From: Chthoniobacteraceae bacterium
GTDB taxonomy: Bacteria; Verrucomicrobiota; Verrucomicrobiia; Chthoniobacterales; Chthoniobacteraceae
DNA: 64,000 nucleotides
NCBI GenBank assembly: GCA_031409655.1
Contig: JANNXQ010000055.1
Span: 1-64,000, forward strand
Direction: 5' to 3'
Under the pieces are notes generated by a model that was not told the origin of the DNA, searched no databases, and saw only the letters and a program-made list of their open reading frames with translations. This document shows positions 1 through 9,472 of this stretch, piece by piece. The translations under genes and the position numbers were made by a program. Each line of letters begins with the position of its first letter. The first letter of the stretch is position 1.

Positions 1-147
1 GGGTGGGTGGTGGCCGGCGCGCCGCGCCCCATCCCACCCGCCCGCCCCCGCCAATCTTTACTGATGGGGGCGGCGCCCCACGCGTGTGGGGGGGCGGGGC
101 GCCACGCCATCCACCGAGGCCCCAGCGGGTTTTTCAACAGGCGGCTA
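1..147. repeat. Palindromic REP/MITE-like element end at the window edge
   Basis: GGTGGGTGG (2-10) can pair with CCATCCACC (107-115). The stretch ends in TTTTTCAACAGGCGGCTA, resembling IS5/IS1182-type termini, and abuts the gpmI TAG. The sequence is low-complexity and may be error-rich. Confidence 0.3.
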
Positions 148-1683
148 CGCTTTCAGCAGGCTATGCCCCGTCATCTCCGCGGGCTGCGGCAGTCCGAGCA
201 AGTGGAGCAGCGTCGGCGCGACATCGGCGAGGATGCCGCTCTCGAGCCGATACTTCGCCGCGTCGTCGGCCACGTAGAGAAGGTGGACGAGGTTCGTCGT
301 ATGCGCGGTGTTCGGTGAACCGTCCGCATTGCGCATCTGTTCGCAGTTTCCGTGATCCGCCGTGACGAGCAAACACCCGCCCAGAGCGAGCGTCCGCTCC
401 ACCACCTGCCGCACGCAATCGTCGATCGTCTCCACGGCCTTGATCCCCGCCTCGACCACCCCGGTGTGGCCGACCATGTCGGGATTTGCGAAATTCAGGA
501 TCACCAAGTCGTAGTCCGGCAGCGCCGCGACCACCTTCCCCGTCACCTCCGGCGCGCTCATCTGCGGCTTGAAATCATACGTCGGCACATCCTTCGGCGA
601 TTGCACGATGATGCGATCTTCACCCGCGAAAGGCTGCTCGATCCCGCCATTGAAAAAGAAGGTCACGTGCGGGTACTTTTCCGTCTCCGCGATTCGGAGT
701 TGCCTGCGCCCGGCGGCGCTCACGGCTTCGCCGAGAATGTTGCGGAGCGATTGCGGTCCGAAGACCACGGGCACGCCGTAGGTCTCGTCGTATTCCGTGA
801 GCGTGACGTAGTGGACGCGCGGCAGCACTTCGCGCTCGAAGCCGGGAAAGTCCGAGCGAATGAAAGCGACCGAGAGCTGCCGCGCGCGATCGGCGCGGAA
901 ATTGAAGAAGAGCACGACATCCGCATCCCGCATCCGCTGCTCGTCTGCGTGCGCGAAGATCAGGGGCTGCATGAATTCATCCCCGCGCGGATCGGCGGCA
1001 TACGCCGCGCGCACCGCTTCGCCTGGTGTGAGCGACGATACCTCGCCACGTCCGAGAACGATCGCATCCCACGCCAGCTTCGTGCGTTCGCCGCGCTTGT
1101 CGCGATCCATGGCGTAGTAGCGCCCGACCACCGTCGCGATCACCGCACCGCTCGGGGCGAGGCCCGCGCTCAGCTTCGCGAGATAGTCCGCGCCGCCCGT
1201 CGGCGAAGTATCCCGCCCGTCCGTGATCGCATGAACCATGAGATCCTCGACCCCGGCGGCCTTTGCCGCGTCCGCCAGCGCCACGAGATGGTCCTGATGC
1301 GAATGCACCCCGCCATCCGAGACCAGCCCGATGAAGTGCAGCCGCCGCCCTTTCGCATGCGCAAAAGTTTCCTGAAGCACGCGGTTGGTCGTGAGTTCGC
1401 CATCCACGATCGCCTTATTGATGCGCGTGAGATCCTGATAAACGATCCGCCCCGCGCCGAGATTGAGGTGGCCCACCTCACTGTTTCCCATCTGCCCTTC
1501 CGGCAGGCCCACATCCAGGCCGCTGGCGCTCAGCGTCGCCTGCGGATACTGCGCATAAAGTGCATCGTGAAACGGCGTCCGGGCGAGCAGCGTGGCATCG
1601 CCGTTTTCCACCGCCTTGGCGCGCCCGCCAGGATTGATCCCCCAACCGTCACGAATGATGAGCACTACAGGTTTCTTCGACAT
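145..1683 (-). CDS. gpmI: 2,3-bisphosphoglycerate-independent phosphoglycerate mutase
   Basis: Starts MSKKPVVLIIRDGWG; motifs GNSEVGH, SDGGVHSH, GRYYAMDRD, FNFRADRAR, AETEKYPHVTFFFNGG, NPDMVGHTG, TADHGN. Confidence 0.96.
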   Translation of the reverse strand: MSKKPVVLIIRDGWGINPGGRAKAVENGDATLLARTPFHDALYAQYPQATLSASGLDVGLPEGQMGNSEVGHLNLGAGRIVYQDLTRINKAIVDGELTTNRVLQETFAHAKGRRLHFIGLVSDGGVHSHQDHLVALADAAKAAGVEDLMVHAITDGRDTSPTGGADYLAKLSAGLAPSGAVIATVVGRYYAMDRDKRGERTKLAWDAIVLGRGEVSSLTPGEAVRAAYAADPRGDEFMQPLIFAHADEQRMRDADVVLFFNFRADRARQLSVAFIRSDFPGFEREVLPRVHYVTLTEYDETYGVPVVFGPQSLRNILGEAVSAAGRRQLRIAETEKYPHVTFFFNGGIEQPFAGEDRIIVQSPKDVPTYDFKPQMSAPEVTGKVVAALPDYDLVILNFANPDMVGHTGVVEAGIKAVETIDDCVRQVVERTLALGGCLLVTADHGNCEQMRNADGSPNTAHTTNLVHLLYVADDAAKYRLESGILADVAPTLLHLLGLPQPAEMTGHSLLKA

Positions 1684-1800
1684 GGCCGCGCAATGAAGCA
1701 CCCCGCCGCCCCCGGACCAAGCGCCGAGTTGCCCCGCCCGCGCCGATTCCCGTCCTCCACGTTTGCAATTTTCGCCCCGCGCGGCTTCATCCCCTTTTGC

Positions 1801-3075
1801 ATGCATCGTCTCGTCTCCCCTGCTCTGGCGCTTTGCCTCTTTCTTTTCACCCACGCTGCGCGGGCCGATGTCGAGGTGCCGCCAAATGTGCTCAACCCGG
1901 CCACGCCCACGGAGGCGTGGAATGTCATCCGGCTCGCCACCAGGAATGTCGCGGTGCTGCTCGAAGCCGGCCGCTTCGATGAGATCGCGTTGCAAGTCTC
2001 GCTCTGCAGTCCGTCGATCCGCACCCTGGCGCGCACCGCGGCCTCGGGTGAGGACAAGCTGAAACTCGATGCGCTCTCCGCGCGCGCTTTTTCCTATATC
2101 AATGGGGTCGCAACCGGCGGCATCTCCAAGGATCGCTCGACCGTCGCCGTGTCCTTTGACGGACTGAAGGGCGCGCTCGACGAGATGCGCAAGCTCTTCG
2201 ATCCGAAGGTGACGGACGCCGAGATTTACTTCTGCCCGGCGCATCCCGAGTTCATCTCCGTGAATATGCGGACCACCTGCGGGACTTGCGGCCTGGACCT
2301 CGCCTTGCGGCGCATTCCCTACAGCTTCATCTACGTGACCCCAGGCCCGCTCACCCTCCGCATTTCCGCCACGACGGAAGCTCCACTCGCTGTCGGACGC
2401 GAGGCGCGCGTGATAGTGCGGCTCGCCCATGCCGACGGTCGGCCCGTGCTCCTCCGCGAGCTGCTGGTCATGCACACCCAGCCGATCCACCTGCTGATCA
2501 TCGATCCGAGCCTCGAAGACTTTCACCGCGAACACCCGAAGCCCACCGAAACCCCAGGCGAGTATGCCTTCACCTTCACGCCTTCCAAACCCGGTCCCTA
2601 TCGCCTCTGGGCGGATGTGGTGCCGTCAGCGACGGGACTGAAAGAATATCCCACGGTCGATCTTCCCGCCGAGGGAATCGCCGAGCCGATCGCAAACCGC
2701 GAAGACCTCTCCCGCGTGACCGCCGGAGGGCTGACCTTCACCATGACCTTTGCCGACCAGGCCGGATTGCGCCCGCGAAAAAAGGACACCCGCTTTCTCC
2801 GAATCACGGTGCAAGATGCCGAAGGAAAGCCCGTGAACACGCTCACTCCGGTGATGAACGCCTTTGCGCATCTGGTGGGCTTCTATGATGACCGCGAGAC
2901 CATCGTCCATATCCATCCCACCGGCGGCGACGTCCTGCGTGATGATGTCCGCGGTGGCCCGAGCCTCGGCTTCAGATTCTTTGCACCAAAAAGCGGCCTC
3001 ATGCGGCTCTTCGCGCAGGTGCTGGTGGATGGGAAAACGATCTCCGTGCCCTTCACCCTGAACATCGCCGAGTAG
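1801..3075 (+). CDS. Secreted heavy-metal-binding domain protein
   Basis: Signal peptide; YFCPAHP...CGTCGLDL heavy-metal-binding motif; two His-rich modules (HLLIID..FHREHP and HLVGF..VHIHP). Confidence 0.7.
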   Translation: MHRLVSPALALCLFLFTHAARADVEVPPNVLNPATPTEAWNVIRLATRNVAVLLEAGRFDEIALQVSLCSPSIRTLARTAASGEDKLKLDALSARAFSYINGVATGGISKDRSTVAVSFDGLKGALDEMRKLFDPKVTDAEIYFCPAHPEFISVNMRTTCGTCGLDLALRRIPYSFIYVTPGPLTLRISATTEAPLAVGREARVIVRLAHADGRPVLLRELLVMHTQPIHLLIIDPSLEDFHREHPKPTETPGEYAFTFTPSKPGPYRLWADVVPSATGLKEYPTVDLPAEGIAEPIANREDLSRVTAGGLTFTMTFADQAGLRPRKKDTRFLRITVQDAEGKPVNTLTPVMNAFAHLVGFYDDRETIVHIHPTGGDVLRDDVRGGPSLGFRFFAPKSGLMRLFAQVLVDGKTISVPFTLNIAE

Positions 3076-3084
3076 CCATCCACG

Positions 3085-3831
3085 GTGCGCTCCTTGAATC
3101 CCCCGCCCTTGTCTTTGGAGAACTTCGACGCCGAGCGCGCGGACTTCGCGCGCGTGCTGAGCGGCGTGCGGAGAATTCAAGGGGCTTCGGCCGCCGAGTT
3201 GGCGTCGCTCGAATGGCTCGTCGGCACGATCCGCGAAGTGGGACTGGTCACGATCCCGGACGCGGCGCTGACTTATGAAGCGGAGGAGGATTTCCTGAAT
3301 GCTTCCCAACAAGGCGTGATCCAACTGCCGCGGGAATTTGCCCGCTGGCTGATCCTGGCCGCGACCCACCGCCCAGCGCGCTACCTGGAGATCGGCTGCT
3401 TCAATGGGGCCACGGCCGCCCTCGCGACGGCCTATCTGCAACGGTTCAATCCGGTCTTCGAGGCGGTGACGATCGACATCTGGCCGGCCTTCCTTTTCTA
3501 CCAGGAAGTGCGCGGACTCCTCCCCCTGCGCTACGAAGTCGGGAAGACTTCCTTCGACTTTCGCGGGGAAAAGTTCGATGCCGTTTTCATCGATGGCGAT
3601 CACAGCTTCGACTGGGGCTGGGCGGACTACGACAATGTGGGCCGCCACGCCGCCGTGTGCGGATTTCACGATGTGAACAACGGGCCGTATCGCGAGCTTC
3701 CGCTCGGCGGCATCTGCGGAGTGTGGGAGCGAGTGAAGCGCGACGAAGGCGGAGCGGGCGTGGAGTTCACCGAGATCTTCGAGCACCCTTCGCGCGACAT
3801 CATGGGGATCGGAGTGCGGGTGCAACGGTGA
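3085..3831 (+). CDS. Class I SAM-dependent methyltransferase (Methyltransf_24-like)
   Basis: YLEIGCFNG, FDAVFIDGDHS and GFHD motifs. Confidence 0.8.
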   Translation: MRSLNPPPLSLENFDAERADFARVLSGVRRIQGASAAELASLEWLVGTIREVGLVTIPDAALTYEAEEDFLNASQQGVIQLPREFARWLILAATHRPARYLEIGCFNGATAALATAYLQRFNPVFEAVTIDIWPAFLFYQEVRGLLPLRYEVGKTSFDFRGEKFDAVFIDGDHSFDWGWADYDNVGRHAAVCGFHDVNNGPYRELPLGGICGVWERVKRDEGGAGVEFTEIFEHPSRDIMGIGVRVQR

Positions 3832-4391
3832 TGTCGGCCGCCTGCTCCGCCGCCTCGCGTCTCTGCACGGCCTGCGGCCTGTGCTGCAATGGGGTGCTGT
3901 TTCATACCGTGCGCTTGCAGCCGCGCGATTCGGCGAAGGACCTCACCGCGCTGGGCATGAAACTCAAACGCAAGAAGGGCCAGCGCTACATCCTTCAACC
4001 CTGCCCGGCCTGGCGCGCAGCGGGCTGCACGATCTACGAGAGCCGGCCGGAACGCTGCCGACTTTTCGAGTGCCAGCAATTGCAGCGCGTCGCTCACGGC
4101 AAAATCTCGGAACCCGAAGCACTGGAGAAAATCCGCGAGGCGCAGCGGCTCGTGGAAAAGCTGAACACGCTCATGGACCAGGCCGGAAGGACCGATCCGC
4201 GGCGTCCGCTAACGAAGCGTTTCGAAAAGGTCACCGCCGAGCCGGTCGAGGCCGCGTGGGATGCGGCGGGCGCGGAATTGCGCGCGGAACTCACGGGCAC
4301 GATGCGGCAGTTGGATGAATTGCTGGATCGCGACTTTCGCAATCCAGCCGCACCGAGCAACGACGGGAATCAGCCAGTGCCGAGCCTGTAG
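3831..4391 (+). CDS. YkgJ-family CxxCxxCC zinc/iron-cluster protein
   Basis: LCTACGLCC, PCP, CTIYESRPERCRLFEC; ATG overlaps the upstream TGA. Confidence 0.85.
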   Translation: MSAACSAASRLCTACGLCCNGVLFHTVRLQPRDSAKDLTALGMKLKRKKGQRYILQPCPAWRAAGCTIYESRPERCRLFECQQLQRVAHGKISEPEALEKIREAQRLVEKLNTLMDQAGRTDPRRPLTKRFEKVTAEPVEAAWDAAGAELRAELTGTMRQLDELLDRDFRNPAAPSNDGNQPVPSL

Positions 4392-5422
4392 CCGACCGCG
4401 GTGCGCCGCGCGATCTCGCTCCAGCGGATCGACTCCCGCCAACCCGCAGCGGCAGCGAAACTCGGCCGCGTCGCGAGCGCCCGCGCCAGCGCGAAGGTGA
4501 ACGTTTTTCCAAAGTCAGAGTAGCGCGACACGAAGGGGCTGGGCTCGCCGAGATCGACCGTTTCAAACCGCGTCGGAAACAGGATCGGCACCCCCCACGA
4601 GCGCGCGAGACTCGCGGCGCCGGAGGTGAAGATCGCGCGGTAGTTAAAGAGCACGACATCCACGGCGCTCAGCCAGCAGGCAAGTTCTTCATCTCTCAGC
4701 CGCTCGAGCCGCAAGGTCACATTCCGCACTCCCTCCGCCGCTCGCCGGATCGCCTCGCCATACTCCGGAGTGGAGGGTTTGCCGGTGATGACGAGGTCCA
4801 CCTCCGGCCGCGTCTGCTGCCATTGCGCGAGCACTTCCTCGATGCCCTTGTAAGGCTCAATGGCCCCGAAAATGAGGACCACCGGACCCTCGCCAAGTCC
4901 ACAGCGGGTGCGCGCTTCCGCCCGCGGCACCGGGGGCGGCATGGCCACGGAAAGGTCGCCATGCGGCACGACGCGAATCCGCTCCGGCTCGAGTCCGTAG
5001 GTGGAGACGAGCGTGCCTTTTGCCGGCTCGGAATGCGCGAAGATGACGCGGGCGCGGCGGAGGGCGGCCTGGGCGTTGCGAAAAGCAAAGGGCTCGGTGG
5101 CGCGATTGTGGGCGATCAGATTGTGCGCCGTGATCGCCAGCGGGCAGCGGCGGGTGGCCAGCGCGAGATCGAGCGGAAAGCGGAAGCAGCGAAACCAATC
5201 GCGCCCGTCGCGCAGCGGCGGGTAGTAGGCTTCCGGCCAGTGCAGGTGCAGCAGATCGATGCGGCCCTCGCGCTGCCGATCCGCGATGAGCCGGGTGAGC
5301 GGGAGGATGCGGCGATAATTTTGCAGAAACTCGACCTCCACCCCGTGCAGCGCGAGCGCTTCGGCCAGCAGACCCTGGTAGGGAACGCCGGCCCGCCAGT
5401 CCGGCGCAAAGAGGACCTTCAT
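4370..5422 (-). CDS. GT4 family glycosyltransferase
   Basis: HLHWPE, TAHN, VVPHG, FGAIEPYKGIE, TSGAASLA motifs. Confidence 0.88.
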   Translation of the reverse strand: MKVLFAPDWRAGVPYQGLLAEALALHGVEVEFLQNYRRILPLTRLIADRQREGRIDLLHLHWPEAYYPPLRDGRDWFRCFRFPLDLALATRRCPLAITAHNLIAHNRATEPFAFRNAQAALRRARVIFAHSEPAKGTLVSTYGLEPERIRVVPHGDLSVAMPPPVPRAEARTRCGLGEGPVVLIFGAIEPYKGIEEVLAQWQQTRPEVDLVITGKPSTPEYGEAIRRAAEGVRNVTLRLERLRDEELACWLSAVDVVLFNYRAIFTSGAASLARSWGVPILFPTRFETVDLGEPSPFVSRYSDFGKTFTFALARALATRPSFAAAAGWRESIRWSEIARRTAVGYRLGTG

Positions 5423-6327
5423 TTTGGATCTGCCGCGAGAAGCTGGGGCGAAAGGCGCTTGATGCCTTCCGCGTAAAAGCGATCGCGCACCGCGCCCACA
5501 TAGTGCCGGCAGACCACGTCCTCCGACGCCTGGCGGCCCAACGAAACTTCGTAGCGCTTTGACAAAAGCCCGCCCTTCCCGTGTCGCGCCCCGCAGAGCA
5601 TGTAGAGCGTCTGCTCCACCCGCCAGATGTGCCCGCGCAGGATCGACGTCTGGGCGAGCACGCGATCGAGGAAATCAGGATCGATGGCCGCTTTTTGAAT
5701 CAGGCAGAGGCCACTGTTCACCCGCGACCAGATCTTGACCTCAAGTTCATCACGCGCCTCCGCCGCCGTGAGCAGCGAGGATTCCTGCACGTCTTCGTTG
5801 AACCAGCATTCGTCGTTCTCCGAGCCCGCCCACTCCATGATCTCGTGCGGATACTGGAAGAAAAGCAGATCGCTATCGAACATCAGGTAGCGCGAGCTTT
5901 TACAAAAATGCGGGATGTCGAAAAGCTTCAGCGCGAGCGGATGCAGGCGGCGGTATTCCTCGCAGAAGGGAAACGCCTGGAGCACGCGCTGCATGATCGC
6001 ATCAGCATCGGCCCGCCGGATGATCCGGGCATTGGGGAAAAGCTTTTGCAGCATTGCCACGCCTTCCTCGGGCAGCGTGCCATCGTCGTGAATGGTGATC
6101 GGCCAGGCGTGTTCGCTCGCCTCAAACCAGCTCGCGAGCATCCACGCGGAGAGCCGCCAATCCTTCTCGCCCGTGAGCACATGCACGGGAGTGGTCTGCG
6201 GCACTTCGTTCCAAAATGGCCACGCCCACTCCTCAATCCGCCGCAGCGTCTTGTAGTCGTGGAAGGAGGCTTCCCAGCCGCGCTTGAGATCGCGCCGCAG
6301 GAGCCACCAGAGTTTGCCGGGAGTCAT
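5419..6327 (-). CDS. Putative GT-A fold glycosyltransferase
   Basis: IHDDGTL, KLFD, FDSDLLF (DxD), NSGL, EQT and CRHY motifs; lies between GT genes. Confidence 0.65.
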   Translation of the reverse strand: MTPGKLWWLLRRDLKRGWEASFHDYKTLRRIEEWAWPFWNEVPQTTPVHVLTGEKDWRLSAWMLASWFEASEHAWPITIHDDGTLPEEGVAMLQKLFPNARIIRRADADAIMQRVLQAFPFCEEYRRLHPLALKLFDIPHFCKSSRYLMFDSDLLFFQYPHEIMEWAGSENDECWFNEDVQESSLLTAAEARDELEVKIWSRVNSGLCLIQKAAIDPDFLDRVLAQTSILRGHIWRVEQTLYMLCGARHGKGGLLSKRYEVSLGRQASEDVVCRHYVGAVRDRFYAEGIKRLSPQLLAADPK

Positions 6328-6330
6328 TTT

Positions 6331-6436
6331 GGGAAAGGATGAAGGAGGAAGGATGAGGGATGAAGCAAGCCGGAACCACAACTGCGCCGCCGCCCATCTT
6401 CTTCATCCTTCATCCTTCCGCCTTCATCCTTCTCCC
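6331..6436. repeat. Inverted heptamer array (GGATGAA)x4 ... (TTCATCC)x4
   Basis: Units at 6337-6364 and complementary units at 6402-6429 form a long hairpin that contains the GT2 stop codon. Confidence 0.85.
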
Positions 6437-7300
6437 CATCGCCGCCCGGGCCCGGGCCCGCGCCCACGGGGACAAAAGCCAGTGCGGGTGCCGGAGGAAT
6501 TCGGTGAAGAAGTGGCCGCCACTCGCGGGCGATTTTCCGCCTTGGTAGAGGTCGTAGCAGAGCTGGGCCTCGATGGACCAGCGGCGCAGCGCGGAAGTCC
6601 GCGCCTTCGGCAGATGCCGGCGGACGATGGCGCGGAGTTCATCGGCAGCGCGCTCGGCGGCGGAAGATTTCTGCGCCGCGTGCAGGCGAAAGCGGGAGAG
6701 CACCTCGGGCAAATACGCGATCCGCGCGCCGGCGAGGAAGCAGCGCACCCAGAAGTCGTAGTCGAAGGCAAGGTCGTAGGTGGGGTCGAAGCCGCCCACT
6801 TTTTCCCAGAGCGAACGCCGATAGAAAACCTCCGGTTGCACCCACTGCCGTCCTTTCCACCAGACGCCGTAGATATCGAGCACTTCCTCCGATGAAGCGA
6901 TGCGCCCGGTGTGCCGGCCGGTGACGTGGCCGGCGGCGTCGATCCAGTCCACCGAGCCATACACCAGATCGATGTCCGGATGCGCGGCAAAGAAATCAAG
7001 GACTCGGCGCGCCGCACCTGGAGCGAGCAGATCATCGCCATTCAAGAAGCCAATGATCTCACCGCCCATCTGCTGCATCGCACGATTGAGGGCGTCGGGC
7101 TGCCCTCCGTCCGGCTCGCTCACCACGGTGTCTCCGGGCCGCGCCAGCTGGCGGGCGATCGCCGCCGTGTCGTCGGTCGAAGCGCCATCCTGGAGCCACC
7201 AGCGCACGGCGTCGCCCTGACTATTCAGCGACTCGAGGGTGGCGGGAAGGTATCGGGCGCAGTTAAAGACCGGCACCGCAAGCGTGAGCGGCGCGCTCAT
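6410..7300 (-). CDS. GT2 family glycosyltransferase
   Basis: VPVFN, QDGASTD, SEPDGGQPDALN, FLNGDD, AFDYDFW motifs; alternative start at 7327. Confidence 0.9.
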   Translation of the reverse strand: MSAPLTLAVPVFNCARYLPATLESLNSQGDAVRWWLQDGASTDDTAAIARQLARPGDTVVSEPDGGQPDALNRAMQQMGGEIIGFLNGDDLLAPGAARRVLDFFAAHPDIDLVYGSVDWIDAAGHVTGRHTGRIASSEEVLDIYGVWWKGRQWVQPEVFYRRSLWEKVGGFDPTYDLAFDYDFWVRCFLAGARIAYLPEVLSRFRLHAAQKSSAAERAADELRAIVRRHLPKARTSALRRWSIEAQLCYDLYQGGKSPASGGHFFTEFLRHPHWLLSPWARARARAAMGRRMKAEG

Positions 7301-7328
7301 CTCTGGGGAGCCATCACTATTCCGCACG

Positions 7329-8621
7329 TCATCTCCCCAACTCCTCCACCTTCCATTCCAGCTTCGGACAGACCACGCCGGGCCATGGCTCGGGGAAGGT
7401 CGAGGCCTGATTCCCCGCTCCGGCGATGGTGAAGGTGAGATATTCCGCGGAGGGCAGCAGGTAGCGCTCGCCGGGAATGTCGCACTGGAGATTGACCTGA
7501 TAGTTGCGGCGATTGAGCAGGCCGCCGGGAACGACGCAGCTCGTGCGGTAGCGGCCCGGCAGCTGGGTCTCGCGTTGGAAAAGATGATCGGTGGCGGCGA
7601 AGGCGATCTCCCCTTCCTGGGTCAGCAGCAGCAGGGTGAAGCGCGCCCCGCGCAACCGCTGGAGGACTTCGTAAGTGATCTCGATCGTCACGGGTTTGTC
7701 GGCTTCGAAAGTGGAAGCCGGAGTTCCCTGACCGTCGAGGAGGCGGAGACCGAGGAGCGCGACCTCGTCGCACTTCGGCGCCTGCGCGAGATCGGGCCAC
7801 GCGACCTGGCCGTCGCTCTCTCCGCCCTTTGGCATCGACGCCGAGAGGTAGTGGCTGATGACGTCGCCGGGCGCACCGGTGAGGGTGACACGACCGCCAT
7901 CGATGAGCACCGCGTGCTCACAGAGCGAGCGCACGGCGCCCATATTGTGGCTGACAAAGAAAACCGTGCGGCCTTGTTGCGAAGCCACTTCGCCCATCTT
8001 GCCGAGACACTTTTTCTGAAAGCCCGCATCGCCGACGGCGAGCACTTCATCGATGAGCAGGATCTCGGGATCGAGATGCGCGGCGACGGCAAAAGCGAGC
8101 CGCACGAACATCCCGCTGGAGTAGCGCTTCACCGGGGTGTCGATGAACTTCCCGACCTCCGAGAAGTCCACGATCTCGTCAAACTTCGCGAGGATCTCCG
8201 CGCGGCGCATCCCGAGGATGGCTCCATTCAGGAAGATATTCTCACGCCCGCTCAGCTCGGGATGAAAGCCCGTGCCAACTTCCAACAGCGAGACGACGCG
8301 CCCGCGCAGGATCGCCCGTCCGCTCGTCGGCTCGGTGATGCGCGAGAGGATTTTGAGCAGGGTCGATTTGCCCGCACCGTTGCGACCGACGATGCCCACG
8401 ACCTCGCCCGCGTTCACGGAAAAGGACACATCCTTCAGCGCCCAAAAGGTATTCGGCTCCGGCCCGGCGCGATCGTCGGGAACCGGCATCCGGCCCGTGG
8501 TCTGCGCTGGTGCGGGCTTGCGCGAAAAGATGCCGTTCAGCGACTCGCGCACACTGGTGAGGCCGGTGGCGCCGAGCTTATAGAGCTTCGACAGATTCTG
8601 GACTTCGACGATCGGCTTCAT
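7329..8621 (-). CDS. wzt: Polysaccharide ABC exporter ATPase with C-terminal Wzt carbohydrate-binding domain
   Basis: GRNGAGKST, LLEVGTGFHPELSGRENI, YSSGM, LIDEVLAVGD; ~170-aa C-terminal extension. Confidence 0.93.
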   Translation of the reverse strand: MKPIVEVQNLSKLYKLGATGLTSVRESLNGIFSRKPAPAQTTGRMPVPDDRAGPEPNTFWALKDVSFSVNAGEVVGIVGRNGAGKSTLLKILSRITEPTSGRAILRGRVVSLLEVGTGFHPELSGRENIFLNGAILGMRRAEILAKFDEIVDFSEVGKFIDTPVKRYSSGMFVRLAFAVAAHLDPEILLIDEVLAVGDAGFQKKCLGKMGEVASQQGRTVFFVSHNMGAVRSLCEHAVLIDGGRVTLTGAPGDVISHYLSASMPKGGESDGQVAWPDLAQAPKCDEVALLGLRLLDGQGTPASTFEADKPVTIEITYEVLQRLRGARFTLLLLTQEGEIAFAATDHLFQRETQLPGRYRTSCVVPGGLLNRRNYQVNLQCDIPGERYLLPSAEYLTFTIAGAGNQASTFPEPWPGVVCPKLEWKVEELGR

Positions 8622-9472
8622 GCGGAATCGACGACGGTGCGCTCCACGCGCTGGAAGAGAGCGATGCCGGTGACGAGGAGAAAGAGCGTGATCGCGAGCG
8701 AGATGATGATCTCCCGCAGGCAGAGCGTCCCTCTTCCCAAAAGACAGATGCGGAAAGCCTCGACCGGCGCCGACATCGGATTGGCCCAGACGAGCCACTG
8801 CCACTTCGGTGACACCTTGGAGAGCGGATAAATGACCGGCGTCGCGAACATCCAGATCTGCGTGAGGTAAGTGGTGAGATGCACGAGGTCGCGGTACTTC
8901 GCCGTCGAGGCGGCCATCCACAGACTCACGCCGAGGCTCAGCGCCGCGATCTGGAGCAGCGGCAGCGGCAGGAGGAGCGCGTGCCACGAGAGGACTGCCG
9001 CACCTTCCTGCGCCGAGAGAAAGTAATAGGCCGCGAAGGCCGTGAAGGGGATGAGCTGGAGCGCGAAGGAGACGAGATTCGCGACCACGATGGAGACCGG
9101 CACCATGATGCGCGGGAAGTACACCTTGCCGAAGAGGTGCGCGTTATTGACGAAGGTAGCGCCGCCGGAGGTGATGTTTTGCGAGAAGTAATTCCAGGCC
9201 AGCAATCCGCACAGATAGAAGAGCGGGCCCGGGACGCCGTCCGTGGGGATGCCGGCGATGCGGCCGAAGATGATCGCGAAGACGATGGTCGTGAGCACTG
9301 GCTGGATGAGGAACCAGAGCGGACCGAGGACGGTCTGCTTGTAGCGCGAGATGAAGTCGCGTTGCACGAAGAGCACGAGCAGATCGCGATAGTGCCAGAG
9401 TTCCGCCCAGTTGACCTTCAGCCAGCCGCTCGAACGTTCGACGATGAGTTCGTATCCAGGCTCGGATTTCAC
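8618..9472 (-). CDS. wzm: Polysaccharide ABC exporter permease
   Basis: RDFISRYKQTVLGPLW, KVYFPR, KYRD, TPVIYP motifs; GTGA overlap with the PPTase stop. Confidence 0.93.
   Translation of the reverse strand: MKSEPGYELIVERSSGWLKVNWAELWHYRDLLVLFVQRDFISRYKQTVLGPLWFLIQPVLTTIVFAIIFGRIAGIPTDGVPGPLFYLCGLLAWNYFSQNITSGGATFVNNAHLFGKVYFPRIMVPVSIVVANLVSFALQLIPFTAFAAYYFLSAQEGAAVLSWHALLLPLPLLQIAALSLGVSLWMAASTAKYRDLVHLTTYLTQIWMFATPVIYPLSKVSPKWQWLVWANPMSAPVEAFRICLLGRGTLCLREIIISLAITLFLLVTGIALFQRVERTVVDSA

Noticed and set aside
1684..2535. Apparent 284-aa N-terminal extension of gpmI
   Set aside because: Overlaps the real plus-strand gene at 1801; GpmI homology starts at Met 1683
8479..8501. REP-like GGAACCGGCATCCGGCCCGTGGT in the wzt N-terminal linker
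   Set aside because: Single degenerate unit; too weak without genome-wide copies
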